Source: an uncultured Calditrichaceae bacterium
GTDB lineage: Bacteria > Calditrichota > Calditrichia > RBG-13-44-9
Assembly (NCBI GenBank): GCA_964452045.1
Contig: CAYVKM010000010.1
Location: 5,218-69,217 of the forward strand
Reading direction: 5' to 3'
DNA: 64,000 nucleotides
Below are positions 59,342-64,000 of this stretch, one piece after another; positions within the stretch are counted from its first letter, which is position 1, and each line of letters begins with the position of its first letter. Under the pieces are notes generated by a model. The model searched no databases and was not told the DNA's origin. It saw nothing but the letters and a program-made list of their open reading frames with translations. Both the position numbers and the translations under genes were made by a program.

Positions 59342-59860
59342 TCAATCAGGAATGCGAATAAGGGTTTCATACTCCCCGAAAAGCTGATTGTTGCTCAGAT
59401 TCTTTTTAACGAAATTAAAGAAAGCGTGGGAGTTCTTATAATTTTCTTTCGGCAGTTTATCCTCGATAAACCGGAATTTTAATTCGTTTCCCGCCAAGAG
59501 ATACTCCACAAAAATATAATTCGGTGCGCTGGTTATTTCAGAACTCAACTCATTAACATTTAAAAATGTATGTCCATCCACAGTGGTGGAAAATGCCCTG
59601 AAGACATTAATTTCAGCTTTCTCCAGAAAGAGGATCAGATATTCATGTTGATTAAAAGGGTAGACTTTCATCACTTCAAATGTGTCCACATCGGTACCAG
59701 TGGATTTCCAGCTTCCGATTAAATTAGAGTCAATAACTGAATTTTCAATTTTACCCAGGGGGACGGAGGCGTCATAGGGACATCCCCAGATGATTAGCAG
59801 GAGAAAAAATAAACAAAAAGCGTAAACCAACCTTTTTGCAAACATTTTATTCGCTCCCAT
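59342..59860 (-). CDS. Hypothetical lipoprotein
   Basis: Signal peptide with a lipobox-like LIIWGCP. No motif recognised. Confidence 0.4.
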   Translation of the reverse strand: MGANKMFAKRLVYAFCLFFLLLIIWGCPYDASVPLGKIENSVIDSNLIGSWKSTGTDVDTFEVMKVYPFNQHEYLILFLEKAEINVFRAFSTTVDGHTFLNVNELSSEITSAPNYIFVEYLLAGNELKFRFIEDKLPKENYKNSHAFFNFVKKNLSNNQLFGEYETLIRIPD

Positions 59861-60425
59861 ATCTTTCTTTAAGATAAAGTTAATATAGTATATTCCACAT
59901 TGATCATTGAAAAAATAATTTGAACGGAATTCTCTTAATTGGACCCAGCAAAAAGACTAATGAAATTGTGTACTGGAGAAGAGATTATTATTTATAAATA
60001 TACTGAAGGGCTTCACGAAGTGGATTAAAGATTGGCAATGTTCTAAAAATCTTATCTGCAATTTTGTAATCTACTGCACTCAGAAATTTAAAATTCAATT
60101 TACTTTATCCGTAGATTTTGTATTGTTTATTGAGAGGAGCTCATTCTTTGAAAAGGATATTCCGGAAAATTATTCTGAAAATAATGATTCGCTACAAAAT
60201 TTTTCTGGCGTCTCTTACCATCGCCCAGTACAGAATAAAGAGGATTTTTTAGTTTTAAAGGCGGGACCCTATTCTCGTTGATTCGGACCTTAACTTCAGG
60301 GACGAAAAATAGATTCCAATCAACTCCCGCCGCCGATTTAATCTGGATAGTAAGGAAAATTTTAATTGCCACCCATCCCAACTCCCCAATTTTCCTTGCT
60401 ATCCTTTTTTATATATAGCAAAAAT

Positions 60426-60752
60426 CTAGTTTCGGAATGAACTTATTCCCGAATTAAAAGCATCTTTCAGGTTAACTGCCCGATGTTTTAGCTCATCAAT
60501 AACTGATTCCGTGTCTTTCTGGACTTTCTTAAATCTCTTTTCCGTGTCCTCGAGTAATTTTTCGGCATTGCTTTCAATAGTATCAAATTTTACTTCCGCA
60601 TCATGGAGTAATCTGGTAGACTTCTTTTGTATATCCCTTCTAAGCTTTTTTCCGCTCTTGGGAGCAAAAAGTAAACTTGCGGTCGAGGCGGCAACACCAC
60701 CGATTAAAAGCCCCTTCACAAATCCAGAATAACTATTTTTATAGCGTGTCAT
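60426..60752 (-). CDS. YtxH-like membrane-anchored stress protein
   Basis: GFVKGLLIGGVAASTASLLFAPKSGKKLRRDI matches the YtxH G-rich helix followed by APKSGKELR. AGGAGG RBS. Confidence 0.6.
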   Translation of the reverse strand: MTRYKNSYSGFVKGLLIGGVAASTASLLFAPKSGKKLRRDIQKKSTRLLHDAEVKFDTIESNAEKLLEDTEKRFKKVQKDTESVIDELKHRAVNLKDAFNSGISSFRN

Positions 60753-60993
60753 ATTATCCTCCTTTTGATATGTATAACTGCCAATTTCTAAAATCCCTTT
60801 AAAACCTATATTATGATAAAAACTAAAAATGAAGAAATTGTGAAATGCAGATGAATTTTTTTAAATATTTACTATAAAGGGAAAATTAAATAAAAAATAC
60901 CGATGATTATGAGGGATTCACTTCCAGATGGCAACTTTTTCTGCATTTCAAATGGAGGTTAATAATCCCAATAGTTTCACTGACTATATGAAA

Positions 60994-61422
60994 TCAATTT
61001 TTCAGTTTTGCTTCCAATTTTATTTCAACAGCTTTTAAGGCCCTTGAAACAGGACAGTTATTTTTTGCGTTATCCGCATGTTTCATAAATTCATCTTTAC
61101 TGATACCAGAAACTTCGGCTTCGCACTTTAAATTGATTTGGGTAATTTGAAAACCCTCACCGACTTTTGACAGAACAACCTCAGCTACGGTGTTTATTTT
61201 TTTTGGAGTAAAACCGGCTTTTGCGAGGATATTTGCGAATGCCATAGAAAAACAACCGGCATGGGCTGCTCCTATTACTTCCTCAGGATTAGTCCCTTTA
61301 CCTTCCTCAAAACGGGATGAAAATGTATAGGAACCTTCATAAGCTCCACTGCCCAGTTTCATTTTCCCTTTTCCTTTAGGCAGGTCACCTTCCCAAATTG
61401 CAGATGATTTACGTACTGGCAT
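60994..61422 (-). CDS. osmC: Peroxiredoxin OsmC (OsmC/Ohr family)
   Basis: Colinear with E. coli OsmC (WEGD..GKG, GTNPEE.IGAAHAGCFSMA, and a second Cys in NCPVS). Confidence 0.85.
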   Translation of the reverse strand: MPVRKSSAIWEGDLPKGKGKMKLGSGAYEGSYTFSSRFEEGKGTNPEEVIGAAHAGCFSMAFANILAKAGFTPKKINTVAEVVLSKVGEGFQITQINLKCEAEVSGISKDEFMKHADNAKNNCPVSRALKAVEIKLEAKLKN

Positions 61423-61643
61423 ATTCTATCCTTTCGGTTAAGAGTTCATCGTTTTCTCAAATTAAATCATTTATACTATATTATAAATCAAAATGAAGAT
61501 TCTATGAAATGCTGAGTACTGGTCTAGGAGAGTAATAAAAATTTACTGATAGAAATTAATACTACTGTCGATTGGATGATCTTATAATCCATTCAAATTA
61601 GAGTTTTCTGATAAAAATATTTTCTCTCATCACCTATTGATGA

Positions 61644-63221
61644 TCAAAGCAAATCTAACAATCGAACCTTTTTCTTCCTCAGGTCTTCAACTGATGGCAT
61701 CGAATTACGCCGCATCAGTTCTTCGATCGCCGCCATTTCTTTATCCCGGTTGATACCGGCCACAGCATGAACCATATTGTTCTTAATATAATAGGCAATA
61801 AATTTTCTAGACTGAATTTCTCCGTCTATAATAAGATTATCCCAATTTCTAATATAACCCAGATAACGGAAGTTAAAACCTGACTGGGCAGTCCAGAAAA
61901 ATGGCACACCCTTATATTCCTGTTTCTTCCCGGTCATATTAGCTCCGGCGATTCGGCCCATTTGTTCCGCCACCCGCCAATGCTCAATGCGGATATCTTC
62001 CCCGGTTCGCCAAAATTTAAATCGGGCAATATCCCCGGCAGCATAGACGTCTTCATTCACCTGGAAATATTTATCAACTGTAACAGAACCATCTTCGTTT
62101 AAATTCAAACCCTTAATCACCTCAGTTGCCGGGCGAACCCCGATACCGACAATTACCATATCCGCCTCAAGTCTCTCTCCATTTTCCAGGATCACAGCTT
62201 CTACGCTATTATTACCCTCAAATTTTTTCACGGTTTGAGACAGGTAAAAATCGACCCCATTTTTCCGATGCGCCTCTAAAAACATATTACCTACCTGGTC
62301 TCCAAAAATATTTTCAAATGGTACTTTTTCCGGTGCAACAATGGAAACTGACAGACCCCGGTGCCGTAAACTATCGGCTGTTTCCAAGCCAATAAAACTG
62401 GCGCCGATGATAACCACCCGAGAAGCAGATTCAGCTGATTTAATAATTGTATCCGAATCGTCATAGCTTCGCAGAGTAAAAATATTTTTCAGATCCTTAC
62501 CGGGAATATTCAGGGTCCTGGGAATACCACCGGTTACAATTAATAATTTATCATAATTGATTTTTTCCTGATTCTCTAAAAGGATCAAATTGCTGGGAAC
62601 ATTCACCTCCCTTACTTTTTTATTTAAAAGCAATTCAATGCCATGATCCTGATAAAAATCCGTTGATCGAAGTGGCATCCATTCAGCTTCCGCTTCACCT
62701 TTCAAATAATCTTTACTTAAATTGGGACGATCGTATGGCAATCGATCCTCATAGGAAATCATCAGAATCCGGCCGGTATAACCATTCTCCCGAAGCGACT
62801 GCGCGGCCGCATTTCCGGCTGCCCCAGCACCTAAAATAACAAAAATGCGTTTATCCTTTTGATGATCAAATTTTGCCATGTGTGGTTCCCGGGATGGTTT
62901 ACCTTTCTCGGGAAGCTCAATAAAAAGCTCATCTCCCTCCATGGTAACATCAAAGTGAGGTAGTGCATCCCGTGCCGGTGGTTCTCTTAAATTCCCGGTT
63001 TTCGCATTAAAACAGGCATGATGCCAGGGACAAACAATCCGATCTCCACTCAGCACACCCTCTTCCAAAGGAGCGCCGTAATGGGTACAAAATGCACCAG
63101 TTGCATAATATTTACCGTCAATCCGGGAAAGTAATATTTTTTCACCGTTTATTTCCACAGATTTCATCTGGCCGTCCCGCAAATCAGATATACTGGCAAT
63201 TCTATATTTATGAATGGTCAT
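61644..63221 (-). CDS. Rieske [2Fe-2S] domain fused to an FAD/NAD(P)H pyridine nucleotide-disulfide oxidoreductase (AIF-like ferredoxin reductase)
   Basis: N-terminal CTHYGAPL...CPWHHACF, then two Rossmann GxGxxG motifs (ILGAGAAGNAAA, VIIGASFIGLE). GGGAG RBS. Confidence 0.75.
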   Translation of the reverse strand: MTIHKYRIASISDLRDGQMKSVEINGEKILLSRIDGKYYATGAFCTHYGAPLEEGVLSGDRIVCPWHHACFNAKTGNLREPPARDALPHFDVTMEGDELFIELPEKGKPSREPHMAKFDHQKDKRIFVILGAGAAGNAAAQSLRENGYTGRILMISYEDRLPYDRPNLSKDYLKGEAEAEWMPLRSTDFYQDHGIELLLNKKVREVNVPSNLILLENQEKINYDKLLIVTGGIPRTLNIPGKDLKNIFTLRSYDDSDTIIKSAESASRVVIIGASFIGLETADSLRHRGLSVSIVAPEKVPFENIFGDQVGNMFLEAHRKNGVDFYLSQTVKKFEGNNSVEAVILENGERLEADMVIVGIGVRPATEVIKGLNLNEDGSVTVDKYFQVNEDVYAAGDIARFKFWRTGEDIRIEHWRVAEQMGRIAGANMTGKKQEYKGVPFFWTAQSGFNFRYLGYIRNWDNLIIDGEIQSRKFIAYYIKNNMVHAVAGINRDKEMAAIEELMRRNSMPSVEDLRKKKVRLLDLL

Positions 63222-63566
63222 CGATACTCCCTTCAGATAAAATTTCTATCGAAATATAATTCCAAAAACATCTTGAAATAAGTAAATAAAACAGGGTGAA
63301 GTCAAGAGCACATGTGTACACTAATTAATAATAAACAATTTAACTATAGATACAATTGGGAATGAATATACTTTGATATTACATAATTGTAAATCATGAC
63401 GACCGGACCAGTCTTTCGATATCTTAGTTTTTATTGGGGAGAAAGAAAATGGAAAAATTAAGATTAAAGATGACGGATGAAAAATGAAAATAAACCAATA
63501 CGAAACAGCTAAGAATTCCCTTTTCCCTTTCTTTATTTAATCTTTGATCTTTAATCTTATTTTTAG

Positions 63567-63654
63567 CGGAGAGGGAGGGATTCGAACCCTCGGAACGCGA
63601 AACGCGCTCAACGGTTTTCGAGACCGCCCCGTTCAACCACTCCGGCACCTCTCC
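63567..63654 (-). tRNA. tRNA-Ser (anticodon CGA), long variable arm, CCA not encoded
   Basis: The minus-strand read GGAGAGG-TG-CCG-D-loop-CGG-G-GCGGT-CTCGAAA-ACCGT-long variable arm-GAGGG-TTCGAAT-CCCTC-CCTCTCC-G folds as a class II tRNA with anticodon CGA. The 81-aa ORF 63424..63669 is spurious. Confidence 0.85.
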
Positions 63655-64000
63655 TGCTTTTGCATTCAATCCTTTTGTATACTTCTACCTTAAAAATGGC
63701 CTCTTGTTCGTCCCTTGAAAAGCCTGGAAAAAATAATATCATAATCAAATAAAATAAAGTCAAAATTTAATTACAAAAAAATCCCAGACCTTTAATTTAA
63801 CTTAAATAAAATCGGGCAAAATCTCCCCATTAAAGCACTACCTATTAAAACAAATATAAAGGCACAGATATCAAGATGGCACGATTCATACCGAAAATAT
63901 GTTTATTGTATGGTTTATTTCTTAATAAATCAAAACCGGATAATTCTTCTATGAAGGATAAAAAGAAAAGGAAAGGACCAGTAGCTAAAAGTAAAAATAC

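Noticed and set aside
63424-63669. 81-aa minus-strand ORF from the track
   Set aside because: It is fully explained by the tRNA-Ser gene (63567-63654) on the same strand. The hydrophilic, low-complexity translation is an artefact.
1-64000. Search for mobile elements, CRISPR arrays, integrases, toxin-antitoxin or restriction-modification genes
   Set aside because: No transposase or integrase signatures, no regularly spaced direct repeats, no methyltransferase or nuclease defence signatures were seen. Gene content is mostly core (respiration, DNA repair, tRNA modification). I therefore did not report a defence or mobile island.

Overview
This 64-kb window looks like a chromosomal, largely housekeeping stretch from a Gram-negative bacterium that uses Shine-Dalgarno sites (GGAGG upstream of many starts) and has a type IX secretion system (T9SS). 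One cargo protein carries a canonical Por/T9SS C-terminal sorting domain, which points to a non-Bacteroidia lineage of the FCB group. I found no transposase, integrase, CRISPR array, toxin-antitoxin pair or recognisable defence genes, so there is no classical mobile or defence island here. The main content, in order along the window: (1) partial mscL, a catalytic-domain-less PAS-HisKA protein, and mscS. (2) Surface lipoproteins and a T9SS cargo protein. (3) A respiratory super-operon: caa3-type cytochrome c oxidase coxB-coxA-coxC, a CtaG-like assembly factor, a small overlapping membrane ORF, a Tat-type Rieske protein, cytochrome b with a C-terminal c-heme fusion, heme A synthase and DUF420. 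(4) A glyoxalase, NTF2-like lipoproteins, an OmpA protein with thrombospondin-type-3 repeats, an M29 aminopeptidase, ydfG, a MATE transporter, a giant BNR double-propeller protein, xth, and tamB-tamA in inverted order. (5) An S15 peptidase and a DinB_2 protein, then a membrane-integrated CHASE2 sigma-54 enhancer-binding protein, followed by a sigma-54-like promoter and a five-gene envelope cluster (two paralogous beta-barrel OMPs, an OMP-transglutaminase-like fusion, a FecR/TPR protein and a DUF4097 beta-helix lipoprotein). (6) An EamA transporter, tandem miaB/mtaB, pncB, uvrA, two unknown membrane proteins, a gamma-carbonic-anhydrase-like protein, a YafJ-type class II glutamine amidotransferase (GATase), a BshB1-like PIG-L deacetylase, a CHASE2 adenylate cyclase, a class V aminotransferase, nth, ytxH, osmC, a Rieske-FAD oxidoreductase and tRNA-Ser(CGA). 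The most promising candidate for something undescribed is the CHASE2/sigma-54 regulator with the adjacent sigma-54-promoted envelope gene cluster. Secondary leads are a second CHASE2 sensor fused to a cyclase, a possible thiol/redox neighbourhood, and two structured non-coding elements. All of these are sequence-based inferences that need the checks listed under each finding.
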